Shown here one piece after another: positions 26,001-40,284 of a stretch of 64,000 nucleotides of DNA. Source of the stretch: Phoronis australis (taxonomy: Eukaryota; Animalia; Phoronida); contig NMRA01000125.1 in the NCBI GenBank assembly GCA_002633005.1, forward strand, positions 715,566 to 779,565. The letters run 5' to 3'. The notes beneath the pieces were generated by a model, which was not told where the DNA came from, searched no databases, and saw only the letters and a list, made by a program, of their open reading frames with translations. The position numbers and the translations under genes were made by a program. Position 1 is the stretch's first letter; the number at the start of each line of letters is the position of its first letter.

Positions 26001-26530
26001 TGGATATTGTCTTGGGTATTTGATAATAAGGGCATCTTACGTGAAAAATAAATATGTTTTTCCATCACAAAGTTTGGTAAGTTGATCGTTTAAGAATTAG
26101 TAGAAACACCTGCTGATATGCCGTAGACAGGCGCATCCGAAAATTTAAATTAGCCGAAATTTTTAGATAACATTGAAACCCATTAGGCAACAACCAAAAA
26201 GCGGTCGGATACACACGAATTGCTTTCTGAGCTTGCATACGTTGGAAATTCCAGTTCGCATTTTGCGACTTGATACGAGCTGGCAAAATTCTCAGCTAGC
26301 ATTTCCTAGTTTCAGGTCTCATTTGCGACCTGCAGCTCGTTATGTCGAGCCCTGCTAATCAGTGCATTGGATTTTTTATCTTGTCCCTCTGGAATGTAAT
26401 GTGCATATTTTACACCTCGACTGATATTGTGAACTATACTGAATCACTATTCCTGTTTGTTTGTAAGTCCGATTAAGCCGCTGTGTGATATTCAATACGC
26501 CATACTTTAATAGATCTGGATTATAGTGCT

Positions 26531-26976
26531 ATATTAATTAATGCACCGGATTGAACAAGTGTACAAATGAACTGACGTGATTACGATTCACCCCGAGTGA
26601 TTAGCCTGAGGCGCCCTTCGTAAAGCCTCGAGGCGAGATCTCGAGATTCTCACCAAGACTGAATTTCATCGCTAGTGTTCAACCTTCGTTAAACGCAACA
26701 ACTTCATGTCAAAACCGTAAATAAACATTACTTGACCTTCATTTTCTCCAGTATTTTAGATGGACTGCGATAGGTTTCAAGACATACATGTATGAACATG
26801 AATGTGTTGTATTTGGAAGTCACTGTCGCAAACCCATTTACTGTACATGTACGTCCTGCTCCCGGTATCTAATCTTTTACTCGAAATCGAAAATTGATTT
26901 GTCAATTTCCGTATTCATCGAATACGAACTCAGCATAATTATCTATGATTGTGTGCTTGAGTGTATTATCAATTAA
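26531..26976. mobile_element. Possible decayed non-autonomous element with short imperfect TIRs (Crypton-like, tentative)
   Basis: ATTAATTAATGCAC / GTGTATTATCAAT ends; internal GCCTGAGGC and GCCTCGAGGCG palindromes. Confidence 0.25.
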
Positions 26977-29900
26977 ACAAATGAGAGTGCAATCCAAATT
27001 CAAATTGGCGACCCGTGACTTAGAGCAACAGACTATAGTAAAGTCTCACGATATGGTGTAAAATCTCGAAATTTCGACTTCGGACTCCAGCTTATACATG
27101 AAGCTTTTAATGTTGGAACCATCAAGTGCAAAATAGGATTACACAGTTATCCACATATACCATAATATTTTCGAGCACAGAATAAGATAAACTTGTCTTG
27201 AATTCGTACAAAAGTTGACCGGAAAATGTTAAAAGAAATTTAGAGTTGGATATCGAGTAAAAAGATTAGACTCCGGGCCCTGGTCGTGAAATAGTTTCTG
27301 AACATTGATGAAATATTTATGAATTTAAGATTGCTTGTCATCACAAATTTTTAAGTACAGGTGACGCGATTTTTTAAACCACTATATCGCAGTTTGTAAT
27401 GCTTGATTCGCCTCCGCTTTGAAACATACACTTTAAGTTTTTACTTGTAACGATTTCCGTAAGGTTATGTATGAGGCTGTCGACAATATGTACATTTTTA
27501 GTCGCATATCCATAAAGCTATTAAATTTATCTCAGCAAATTGTATAATTTCTGAAAGTAGAAATTCTGTAGAGCTAATTTTGGACTATATACCAGCCTGT
27601 CACTACTTAGGTCACATGACCTTGCTTTTCTGGAAAATTTAGCAAAAAGGATGTGCATTCATAGCAAAATAACGAGATCAATAACATGACTGGGATCAAT
27701 AACATGACTAAATTTCATATGACTTTTAAATGATCGATATAAAAGCTCAAACGCGACTTAACAGCTTTCTAAAGAATCGTTTCAATTTTGTTTTATGCAG
27801 GTTTATTTTTTATCATGAAAATCATATGTCCCCTTTACGGTTAACCCCTTTTGCAAAATTGGAACATTTTAAAACAATTCCGGAAAGGCGTTTTGGAAAA
27901 CAATGTGTAACGAATAATGTCTTAAAATTTTATGTTAATCCAATTAGTTATTTCTGACATGCGATGTTCCGAATTTGGCCAAAGGTAGACCTTGTTGACA
28001 ACAATGCGTATTGAGCATGACAGAAAAAGTTTTTTTTTAATTTTTGCTTGTTTTTAGCAACATGTATACTAATGGCTATTAAATCTCTCAAGATGTATTA
28101 ATGAAATTCTTTTTGAGACACAGGGTCATGGTGGGAACTCTTTAAATGCATTTTTCAAATAAACGTTGTATGTTTCCAGAATCTGCTGCTCATTTTTCAT
28201 CTAACCGAATCGGCGTGAGTGAGGCGCAGCTAATCTTATACTGTTGAATCCCTTACGATAGAATACATGACAGTTCCATATGTTTCAAATGCTGCGGTGT
28301 ATTTACATGAGATGGGATTGCTTTGTTGTCAAGCCAAATTAAAACATTCGACTTGGCGTTCGCCATTACATGTATAGTCATCCGGTTGCACCCAAGAGAC
28401 TCATTCCATCAACCACTTGTTACGCGGCAGGTTGTCGTCCTTGATGAAAACTGCATTGCCAACACTTACATTTCGCAATACAGTATAAAATTTCTCCTAA
28501 TTCAAACATATTTTAAGTTCAGAATCAAGCTTGTTTTCTGTCTGTTTAAATGACTAGCACGGCCACCCGAGAAGTTCAATGTTTTTTGTGTAATTTTGGT
28601 GTTTCCTAATGAACTGGTCTAGTTGCACGGATAATGGCTGACAATACTTTGGGTTCAGTACTTCCGGTGTTATTAGATACACTCTCTCGAGGGATGCTGG
28701 GAAGTTTGAAAACTATGTAATTACAAGTGTGATCATTGCATTTGTTTTGGCGTGTAATTATTACTTATGTGTAATTATTACTTATCGCAGGCAAAATGCA
28801 TGCAAAATAAGTCAACTCGTTAAGTAGATTAGCAAACTTATCTCTCGTTAGATTTATACAAGGTAAAGTTCTGTTGAGGCGCCAGCGCGGTTATGTGAAA
28901 ACAGCTGTTTTCATCTTCGATAACCGAACTGGTTAATAACCGAAGCTGTTGAGTTCATCAACAAGTTTCAGACAAATTTCACATCGCTTTAATAAGTTGT
29001 ATGGTTATTAAAACCGCTGCTTACCCATTTTACTGGAATAAGGGTCACTGTAATATGGTGCTGGTGAGTGGTAGCAGATGTCGCACTAACAACTCCCTGA
29101 TTAGCAACATTGTCAGGTCGACTAGGTGGCGAAACCGTCTCGTCGATGTATCGGCTCACCTATAATACTTGTACGATGCCAAAGGCAATATCAGTGTTAA
29201 CGCCAACGCAACCGCTGATTGGTCCATTGCACAGGCTGTGGCGTAGCAACGTCATTTTCGTTTGTAAAACGAAATTAAGATGGCTAATGAAGAATTGATA
29301 AAAGAGCACTGTTGAAAAGCGAGCTGTCATTGCATGTACAAAAAGGGAGATGCTCCTAACATAGTCATTCCCATCCTTTGTGACTCGCAAACGTATGCCA
29401 AAACGTTCAAACTTACAATATATGCGCGCTTGTTGAAGTCCGTTTGTCTGTACTCTCCAATTACCAGGGTTGCTGTTTGGAAAATGTATTGTTTTGCCCT
29501 CTAGAATCGTGAAGATCGCGTGATTATTGCCTACATCTCATGAAAGTACATGATCAGGGACGTCCCCACCAGATATTCCTGGTTTCATGGCATTGACATT
29601 TGTTTTGCATTTGTCACCATCGCATGAGGGCGCTGCAAAGGAACTTAATCCATCTAGAACTGACGTGCTACATGACGTGGAAGTCCCCTCAAAACAAGTT
29701 CGTCAACAAGACAATTTACGAGAAATGAAATCAAAATAAATGAACCCCACTTGTCAAAAGCAGATTGATGGCTTGGCATTGCTTTTTGAAGCCCGATATT
29801 ATAAGATAATGTTATGCCTTTTCGTCTAAAAATACCGCGCGTGGAAAGTATCTGACCGGATCTAAGTAAGATAATACATGCTAGTGTTGACTTACTATGC

Positions 29901-30095
29901 AAATGGCCATGTTACATGTAGCTTCCTTTTTATGATTCGTTACATTTACTAAGTAGAGACTGTTTGCATTGCCTTGTCCGCAGTACAATTTCCGCTTAAA
30001 GCGTGACTGAATTCGAAATAGTCCGTTCGAAAATAATTTAAATTTCTTAATGAACTTCTGATTATGCAATGTGAACAGGTGGACATCTACCCACC

Positions 30096-30446
30096 GACAC
30101 AGCACCACCTATACTGAAAAGTGGCCCTGTGGAAACATGATGAGCAACACGACGGAATTGCGTTTGTGGGCACCAATGCGCATGGTTGGTCGGAAGTAAA
30201 TTGATCACATCGCCACCACTTAACACACGCCTTCAGTGCACTGTACAGTACTTCTTATTTGGGCTTAGCCACGGGATCGGGATTCTTTGATTTTGTTTAC
30301 TTCTGCCACTGCCCGTTTTAATAAATTGCAAGTAGTCGAAGGTGGTCGACAACTGCGTAACAGTAAACTAAAAGGGGTTTCCCAGATTTCAACCAGTGGG
30401 AATGGTTGTATGATATGACGTCGGTTTCATTACTTTTACCAATGAA
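30096..30446 (+). repeat. ~340-bp interspersed repeat without obvious TIR or TSD, copy 1
   Basis: Homologous along its length to 36311-36650 and, inverted, to 51691-51989 (TGGCCCTGT, ACGGAATT, CATCGCCACCACT, TTTGGGCTTA, GATTTTGTTTA, AACCARTGGGAATG). Confidence 0.9.
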
Positions 30447-33400
30447 TATCCTAACTGCCCTGCTGAGTTCGGTAATGCCCCATTAACTTCGCACGCTCTC
30501 CCCATTTCGCCCCAATGTTACCGTAAAATTGCTTTATGGATATTAATAATCAAAATCAAATGTTTTGAGGACTGGGATTTATTGTTGGATGTACTAAACT
30601 AATCGAAGCGCTACCTGGCGACATCAGTGTCCTGCGAACCAATTCGTGAAAAATGACTCTTAGGACCGACTCGGAGATTCGGGCTCAGTTTAGAACGAAC
30701 TCAAAGACAGTTTTGGTCATTTTTTCTTAACCTGTACCGAAATTAGTCGTTTTTCATATGGAATTATACTATCTACGCTAATCCGCCACATGTTTCAGCT
30801 TCCCAAATGTACGTGACGTGATACACGAAATCCGGTGTCAAGTATTATGTTGATCTCGAAATTTTAATTGGGTTTGTATCTACAACACTTAAGAGGCAAT
30901 TGATATCACGTTTACAGTGTATTTTGAGAAGATCCTGGTATTGCTCAAAAACATCACTTCTTGTGCAGGACGATCGCAATGCATAAGGCTTAATTTTGAA
31001 ATGTCCGACACCTTTTTACATTTTGACTTCCTCTGTAAATGTATGTAAACTCTGTGACATTTCTGGAAAACTTATTCATTGCAATAAAACTTATTTTCTT
31101 GGGCTTTTGAATGGTATCACCTAAGTGAAGAAAGCAAGCAGTTTCATGAAACGGCCTTTAGAGCGTCTGCGAGTGATGCCTGTGAACTGCACAAACTAAT
31201 TGCAAGAGTTCACGTTAACATTTCTTGTTGCGTCGACGGACACCTACATGTATAAGAGGAATTAACATCGGACACGTTTCTTGAAACTATTTATTTCTTA
31301 ACTTAGACTGACATCGGGCTAATTTAAGACCAATCTGTCGTTGCCTCCGTCATGAATTTTCTTAATGGAGAATGCCACCCAAAAACAACCTATTTTGTAT
31401 CAATTTAGATCGAGTAGTTCCACTCGATAACAGCAAGTTCAGTTGTTTTACATGACAGCCAATGACAGACGGAGGTGTTGAAATTAATCAATGACGTAAT
31501 CGGTTCCCATGTAGTCTGTTCAGCCGTTCACAACACGCTTACTGGAGTCAAGCTATCTCTTGAATTCATTATTTTACACCAATAAATCATCAAAATTCGA
31601 AGTTAACCCCTAACAAATACATCGAATTCTTTAACAAACGTGTATTTCACTGTAACGGATTTATACATGTACTAGGTATTTCCGTAGCCTACAGTGTTCG
31701 GTAGGCCAATTTACCATGGTCGATCGCGGGAGTTTGGGTCTGTTTGATAATAAATTCGAATCATTCTTCCGTGAAATACAAACTATGGAACTTAACTGTG
31801 TGTTACACTTTTAGATTTGCGATTTTTTCAGTTCTGAACACACAAAACGCTTGTTACTCCCCGCCAGTGGTTCGGAACACAATCAGACTCATCGCGGCCG
31901 CCGGAACCGGACATCACGAACATAAACCAGCTTAAGTTGGAAACTAAACCCCCAGTCACAAAAAGACTATTATAGTGAGCCAAAGAAATAATGTGCACGT
32001 AATTATTTAGGTGAATTGGCCACGAAACTGAAATAATTCTTTTGTACTTACTTTTCGGGAACCGCGAAGTCCCCTTCTCCTTAGTCCACAACCGTCAGGG
32101 CAAAGGCTATACAGTAACAATGATTTAAGTAATGTATATCTAAATAAAGATTCCCTTAACATGTGACAATAGCATATAAAATGGAGGTATTGTTTCACAA
32201 CAGCTTTCTGCCAGCAAACACTGAATTAGCATGCGCTCACACGGCCTTGGTGCCCGGTCAATTACCTTTATTGCATCTAAAGCCGGTAACGCAGTGGTTT
32301 ATTCATTGCTGGCTTCTCAAAACATTTGCACTCACGAATACACCAAAAGCATTACGAATTGTATCTAATGAGACAGACTTTGTTTCAGTTCTACATGTGT
32401 ATAAGAATTGCTTAGGGTGGGAATAATTCATTTTGAAACGGAACGCAGAATAATAAGCGTACGTCTACATTGCAACTCGCCCGGCGCCAATCCCGACTTA
32501 GGCGAGAGCCCATCCGACGGAGACTTCACGGGTCGGGTATTTAGCTTTCACAGGCTATCAGTTTGAACCGGAATACACTGATCAAGAATTACTATAGAGG
32601 CGCCATGAACAGGCACAGGCAACGGAATGGATGGATAGATCTTTGGTAAGCCGAAAATTCGTCAGAGAAATCACTGTCGACGAAATGCCGCCCACAGACA
32701 CGGAGATGTTTCACGGCCTCACATTTGCCATTAACATCGTATGTTTCATTCTTCACTACCGCTAATCACTTCCTAAGCATTTCGGGCTCTCGAGGAAATT
32801 GAAAAATGATATGCCCGATTTCTTCGCAGCTTCATAGTTGAGACAAGCGGGAACGATGCACCGCAATATTGCGTCATTCACTCTGCAGATGAACCACTGA
32901 CGTCGCTGCATCGTTCTCACCTCACAGGTTAACGCGACACCTCCGCGGGATGGTGAAGTCGTCCGTATAAGAGGCGGTTTTGAGATAGACCGATTAAGAC
33001 GGTAAAAAGACTAATAAAATCGGGTGGCATTCTCCTTTATGACCATTTAACTTAAGACCAAAATCTGTTTATTAAACGAAGACCGAAAATCACCACGTTT
33101 ATGATGAGATTTTGGCGTAAATGATCAAATTTACGACTGCCATCACAGTGAACTGTTGAACAAATTTATTGGAGATTTGGTTCTACAATGACCTGAAACA
33201 ATATCAAAATTGAATTGGAGATCGTCAATAGAGAATCAGTGAAACACGTAGAGATCGCGTTTTTAACATCGTCCTTGCTTAGTTTGTTGGACTCACAACA
33301 GGTAGCGAAAGCGTAGATTTCGGCAAGCTCTGCTATGGCGAATTAAAGCCGATTTAATTTCCGTCTTAATTAAGATCGAAGAAAGTGACCGGAAACTGAC

Positions 33401-36310
33401 TTTGTGTTCGGGAAACGGTCTTTTCTGAATGCCGTTTTTCTCGTACTTTAGACCAAAGCTTGGTTTGAGTCCTAAGTCACTTTTCATGACACTGGCTCAA
33501 GCGCCCGGATGTAAGACACTTCCCGCCGTGAACTCAACTGTGTTCCCTAACTTTTCACCATAGTCGTGAACATGTTCAACGAAGTTCTCATTATTCTTTC
33601 TAATGCTGTTTTATCTTCGTTACTCAGCTTTGATGCAAACCTAGGATAAACGCCATGTTGAAGTTACAATATTGTTGAAAATGAATACATGTAGGGGGCG
33701 GTTTTTACTCAACGCCCCCAAAGGACTTGGTCCATCTTCATTTCCATTGAACTAAGGGCCCAGTTTCAGAGATATTATAAGAAAATCTCATGAGTTAAAG
33801 CCGAGGTCATAACAAAAATAAATTGATAGACAAGCATAATATTTTTGACTGAGTTAGCAAAGGCAAACGCCGAAGATTTTGGGGACTTAGCTTTGTCAAT
33901 TTGAGAACGTTAAGTATATGTAACTGAACAGAGGTAGTTTGATTGGTTAACTTTTGAATATTACGTTGAATGCCGCCCTAGAGCGGAGGTGGACGGAATT
34001 AAAATTCGACACGTTCTTAAAACGCCCATGAGGAAAGCTTATGTGAGTACGCAGAAAATGACTGGTGGCATTATGTTCAGGATGACATCACCTTGACACT
34101 GTCTACTTTTAAACAGATGTTTAGTCTGACAATCTGAAGTCTCGTCAAATAATAATAACTAAATTGGGTTGGTTATGTATTGGTCCTGTAGCTTGTACCG
34201 TGGCACTGCATGTGACGTTCAAAAGAGCCAACTGAAAACCCTTCTGCTCTCTCGATATTCATTTCTTTGTTCAAAATCATTAATACCGTTCACCTGTACA
34301 ATCTCCTGCGGTACACCTGAGTTCAAACAGGTATCACACCAGTATCGCCGAGCTTGCGTTTTAGAGTAAAACTAATTACAAGAGAGATGTTGAAAACAAC
34401 TGACACTAATATGAAGTTATGCACGTATGGAGCGCATCAACGTGCATAACCAGTTGTTGCATACCTAATGATTACTGACATCTCCTGCTGTAAATAGTTT
34501 TATTCGCACGAAAAGGAAAAACAAATTGTCCGCAACGTGGCGTGACCATTAATATTAGTGGCTTCACTGCAGAAAAAAATCAGGAGAAATCAAGCGATTT
34601 CATTTGAATAGAGCATGTATGCACTTTATTTTTGGCTTAACAGACATTCTTCTGCGGTGTTGCTCGTAAACTGGGCAAAATTCTTTAGTTCTGACCACGA
34701 ATTGGAAAGTTGAAGACATCAACATTTTGAAAAACAAATATGCATAACGTAGGATTTCCAAGCATCTGTTTTAAGCACTACCAGTTAATGCCTCAAAACC
34801 TGTGTCGGCGATGTGTAAAGAGCGTCATACAGAAAAGATATTAAGATTTAATGATGGATTGCATTATAAGGACTACTGCCTAAGTAACGTTTTAGGCTTC
34901 AGCAATTAGTTCTATGCCTTTGTGATGCCGTTAACTGCAATGATAAATTAGTCACAACTAGTACATGTATCTGTGTCAAAACATTTGATCTTTAACGCCG
35001 TGTCATCAAGCATAAGTGTTCTGAACACGACAGCATCCATGTTTTATTAATTAACACAGACATTAACCGATATGTCATAAGCGACTCTTCCGTTGGGGCT
35101 AACCGGATTGAATGTTCTTGCTACCTTGAGGGAAACGAACACTCCCTCTATTACTAGCCAAACAGTACATTTTTAAGGAGAGATGTCACAGAAATATATC
35201 TAATATTCACAAGTTTGTTACATACATGTATACTGATGAGTACTATAATGCTGAAAAATTAATAGCATATAAAAATTTTGTGTATGACAGCTTTTCTGGG
35301 AAATGTTATTGTTCATGTTTACTCCATGTAGCAGTTGTTTACTTCATACTAGATATGAGAATGGTCTCTCCTGAGGTGTGCATGGGTGAATGTGTAGCTT
35401 TAACACGCTTCAGTCACATGGTTTTGCTTAAAACAAAATAGGCTATACCATTGAATACTTGCATATACATAGCATGAGTTTATGGGACGAGCCATTAAAA
35501 ATATTTTTTCAAAACCAGATTCCCTACGAAAGCTTTGCTTTCCCGGTTAAATTATTTACGAATGGGGTCAGTGGCTTGGTAATACACAGAAGTTTACATT
35601 TTTTAACAGAACCCTTCACTACAAAAGCGTTCCATCTTCTGTCTTAGGCTTCTTGACTTAAAACGCTTCAGTCCAAATGTGAGTTTGTTTTATTTAGTTT
35701 ATTTTCCTAAACGAGCATTATGTAGGATTTTAAATCTCTTCGAGGTATTTTGTAAGGGGAATAATCCCTACGAAATGATGAAGTTTCCATAGAAGCTCCC
35801 AACAAATGGGTGATTTTCAATCGTGCTATTATCTTGTTAACTCCCTACGCGGGGTGGGCATCTACGTCAGAACTGCCGTCGATTATTCCACCCCCGCGGC
35901 TAATACATGTACATATGTAAGTCTTCAACAAAACACCTTCCTTCCAGTGGTGCCGGCACAGGTACATGTAGGAGTGGCCCGCCCTGGACTGAGGCCGCCT
36001 CTGAAACTGCTATGCATCCGCGTTCCCGTCAAAGAAACGAACTGCTCAAAATTCGAAGGGTGAGTGAGGTGTGCCTCAAGTTCAGGACGATAACCGAACT
36101 GGTCGTTCCTCCCAAGCCCAGAAAGCACCTCTCCGTGAAGCCGGAAACAGGCTGACCAGATACCACTTCCATATACATGTATAGCGGTAGTCTAAACTAA
36201 AAGTCATTCTATAACATAATGTGGGATTATAATAACTTCACATGTGTCAGATGTTAAGTACACTGCGCCTATTGAAATGTAAGCTATTTCAGAGCAGTCA
36301 CCTACCCTCT

Positions 36311-36650
36311 GAAACAGCGCCAGTTATACTAAAATATGGCCCTGTAGAAACTTGATGAACGACACACGGAATTCCGTGTGTGGCATCAATGCCCATGCCT
36401 TGGTCGGAAGTCCGGCTACCGATCACATCGCCACCACTAGCTCACGGCCTTTATGCACTGCACTTGTTTGGGCTTAAGCCAGTGGATTGAGGTTTCCTGG
36501 ATTTTGTTTACTTCAATCACTGACCGTTTTCATAAAATGCAGCTATTCAAGTCAACGTGGTCGCTATACTTGATAACTGGGTTTCCCAACTTTCAACCAA
36601 TGGGAATGATTAAATGTTATGACGTTGATTTCAATACGTTAACCAATGAA
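36311..36650 (+). repeat. ~340-bp interspersed repeat, copy 2
   Basis: As copy 1; contains the perfect 20-bp palindrome ACACACGGAATTCCGTGTGT (36362-36381). Confidence 0.9.
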
Positions 36651-38962
36651 CCCATGTCAACAAATATTCGGCAGTGCTACATTCCGTAGCATTGTAAACC
36701 AGTGGGCAGTCAACCAAGTGCCATGTGACTAGTGCGACGAAGTGTACATGTATATACTCGGCAAAATCGAATCGATCGTGTTTCAACCTCAAGCATTATA
36801 AAAAGGGGAATGTTTAAATAAAAGGTCTCAAGAAAAGTGTGCATGTGATTGATCATTGGAGGTCAGGAATCAAGTTGTTTATGCGTTTACGCATGTGTTA
36901 TAGAGGCCGTAAAACATAAATGAATATACAAGTGCACATATGAACTACACGTACACGATCCGCCATTAATAATTTTTATGAAATGTTACTACGGAATTAA
37001 CTAAGGTGAACATTTCATCTCCCATATACTGTTAGTTTAGATGCCAGTCAAATGAAATGCAAAACCGCCCAGTCTAGGTGCGGACTTGGCATTTCTAAGG
37101 CCGGGTCTTTATAGACCACGGCACTCTTAGTAACGCTAATCATCTGACGGATGAGACGTGATTACACATTGAATGCTAGGCCGCTGTTAACGTGATACTC
37201 TTCCAACATCTTTGGTTGGTATTGTTGCAGTATTGCACGCAAGTACCAGCCATTCCAGCTGTCTGTGCTTGAGTAGAGTTGGGGCACTGACCGTGCAAAT
37301 CACGTTCGCGTAAAAAGCAGCGGCCAAAAAAGGGTAAAGTTTTAAATCCGACTTGGCAGTCGTATGCTTAAAACCACATCACCGAATTTTTTAGACTACT
37401 GTTAAAGGACACCGTTAACTGAGAAATATGTGTGTAAGCCTTAAAAGATGACTTACATGTATGACTCGCTGGATACAAGTATAGGTGTGCACATGCGCAT
37501 TTATGTAGAGCTGTAGGCGACGCCATCTATTGTCGAGTCAGATAAGACAAAAATGAATAGTGATATACTATACTCTCTGCAATTCGTTGATATACCTCAC
37601 CTTTTAATTATGCATTCACACATTCAGAACATTACAATTGAGGTAGGGGTTGGCTAAAGCGCATAACACACTCCATGACTTCTGAAGACTTTTCTTAATT
37701 GTTTTAAGATCATAAAATAGGTGACCATTACAATGTGTCCAAGCCACTTGCTTCAAAGGACGCTTATTTCGAGTCTGTGCATACATGTACATATATTTTG
37801 AAAAAAGAGAGCTTAGCAAAATGGGATAAGGATGGTTGCGTGTTCTGAAACAAAGAGATCGCGCACAGGTTTCAAACTAAGTCGGGCAGAGACCAGGACC
37901 GATTTTGGTATTTTCTTGATCTTGACATGGTATTGCCTTTTCAGTAAAGTAGATCGTGCTTCGTAGGTGTAGAGTCCAATATTGCTACATTATGTACAGT
38001 AGTTGGTGTGGTGATTTGGCGGTTACGTAAATCATAAATTATCATTGATTCAGTTTTACTGAAGCTGGTAAAATGTGAAATTTTATTTTGGAGAGAGTTC
38101 GCATCAATCATAGTAACTTTGGTCAAATCCTGCATCAGTGGTCGCTCGATTGTCATCAGTTTTGCGCCTCCCGGCGCTCACAGTTCGACTTCCCACCCCA
38201 AGTTGGCCATCAAGGTCCAAAACTGCAAATTATTGGAAAGACACGTGCTCCTGCTTTCTGTGGTTCTGTAATGGTCGCGTTATGTAAATTGAAATTTTTG
38301 TATTTGCTAACATTGATCGATTTGATTCAGGTCTGTAGGAACTGTTCAGAGATTTTTCCAACAAGAACTAGACAAGTGACGGAGAGTAGTACTTTTGTTG
38401 TGCACTTGAAGTACACTGTACACGTAATTAATACCCACCGTTGGAGAGCTCTTAATCACAACATCTCTCGTTTGTTAAGCTGAGCCAACCCGTTTTAACT
38501 TGTAAAATTTGTTCTGCATTGTGCCTTTGTTTAGCGACGACATTTCTTTTTCGTCTCGAGGCAACGCAGCGAGCGCCTTCGGTTACTAGCGCCTCGTTAA
38601 AGGTCCGTACATTTACGTGCGCTCGACATGACATTAGCGAAGCACAGTGGAGCGGTTCAGAAGAAAATTAAGTTGCACTTTTAAGTATCCATCTAAATCA
38701 ATCCAATCTGCCTGTATACATCTCCCATTGATTTTTAAAATGCACTCAACGAGTCTTCGTGAAGGATCCTCAGCCACAATACGTGTTCACAAATACGTTA
38801 TAAGTAGTAAAATTAAACACTGTTGGTAGCCTGCTCATTCATTAGTTCTGGATCCCACAGCTGGATGAAGTGGGTCGGCTATGCAGGTGCCGTTTCTCTG
38901 ATGTGCGGTAAGTGGATTTCTGCAGTCTTATCTATGTACCAGTACGCGTAGAGCCCTCTAGC

Positions 38963-39036
38963 CTTGCTCTCCGTGCACCTTGTAGATCTGTGCTTCCCTT
39001 GCTATCCGTGTACCCTGTAGATCTGTGCTTGCCTTG
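38963..39036. repeat. 35-bp tandem duplication
   Basis: CTTGCT.TCCGTG.ACC.TGTAGATCTGTGCTT.C present twice. Confidence 0.85.
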
Positions 39037-40267
39037 GTTTTGTCTTACATGTACTTTGTGTTATTGGTGTAATAGACCAGAGTTATCGCCTTAAAGACAC
39101 CAATGCTCGGTTTTGCTTAATAGCCTGACAAATTTACAGCTTGAACAAGTGTTTTAATAGGATTTACTTGTTCACAAATGATCACTTGTCTGCAAGCATT
39201 TCGGTAAAGCTGTAGACAATGTTTTTGCTCTACCACGTGTGTTTTAGAACCCCAAATTTCCCTTTTATTCTTGTCTTTTTTACAATGTGAACTTGATCTG
39301 AGTGTGTTGACTTGTTTTTCTTCAGTCTTTAGTCTTGTTGTTTATCTTAAATGCTGATGTAGACTTTTTAGGAAGATCAGTACTGATATTTTTTAAGCAA
39401 TGTTCTGATTTGTGTACAATTGGCGCAGTGGTACAACACCAGACTTGAGAGGAAGAAAAAATCGTATCATTCCAAAGTTCCAAGCTCAGGAAGTTTTCCT
39501 TGACCAAGTAAGCAACCCACCTCTGTGAGTAGCGCTACATACATGTAAAACCACTTGCTATCTATCATCGACCTCGTTTCTCGATTCAGCGTCAAGTTCT
39601 CCATGGTTTTGTACCATTTTAGTGCCCCAATTAGATCTTGCTACGCTGACAATTTGGTAGCATTTGTGGTACTATAATAATTACCGGGATCGTTTTGTTT
39701 AACACTAACACGTTCGTGGATTATTTATTTGCATGTACATTGTACTGTAAAACGCAAGGAATAACAGCTGCCTAACAAGTATCGACGTTTCCAAATAACT
39801 GCAAACCCATAATCATGGACAGAGATAAGGACAGTCATAATGATATTTATATTCACGTGTTCACACTATTCCTGTTTTAATGTTACGACGTGTGAAGACG
39901 TGTATGTACATGTACATACATACATAGTGTTATAACTGTTATCTACTCAAGCGCATTGGGCTGAAGCCAACGTGAAGCACAGGGGGCGTACCCTTTGCCA
40001 CACACACGCACGGGCGCGCGCTCACACACGCACCGCAGAAACGCTTACCACGGCCATTAATCCCGATCACACTAAGATAATCTTATCACAGACAATTGTA
40101 TAGTCACGTGCAGTTAATTAAAAATTCTCTGTGGTAAGATTGTTTCCTTTTTGGAGTTCATGTTCCTTTTAGAGGGTTTTTGTGTACTGTTTTCGAAATC
40201 GAGCACCGTCGGCTGCGCTGAAATAATTAAACAAAATCGCATACATGTAAGCTTTTTGGTGGTTATG

Positions 40268-40284
40268 TATTTTCAAATTTTCAG
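40268..40284 (+). promoter_or_regulatory. Probable 3' splice acceptor of a 5'UTR intron of the GPCR gene
   Basis: T-rich tract ending TTTTCAG|G 43 nt upstream of the ATG; neuropeptide GPCRs with intronless CDSs often have a 5'UTR intron. Confidence 0.55.

Noticed and set aside
27676-28786. Small perfect tandem duplications (18 bp at about 27676, 17 bp at about 28752)
   Set aside because: Ordinary slippage or repair duplications.
35231-35260. Hammerhead-like CTGATGAG...GAAA; also CTGATGAG on the minus strand at about 1124-1131
   Set aside because: Stem II lacks the G-C closing pair and no stems I/III with an NUH site were found; the second case lacks GAAA.
39421-39450. tRNA A-box-like TGGCGCAGTGGT; isolated B-box-like words at about 15950 and 55210
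   Set aside because: No partner box at the correct spacing and no cloverleaf; not tRNA genes.
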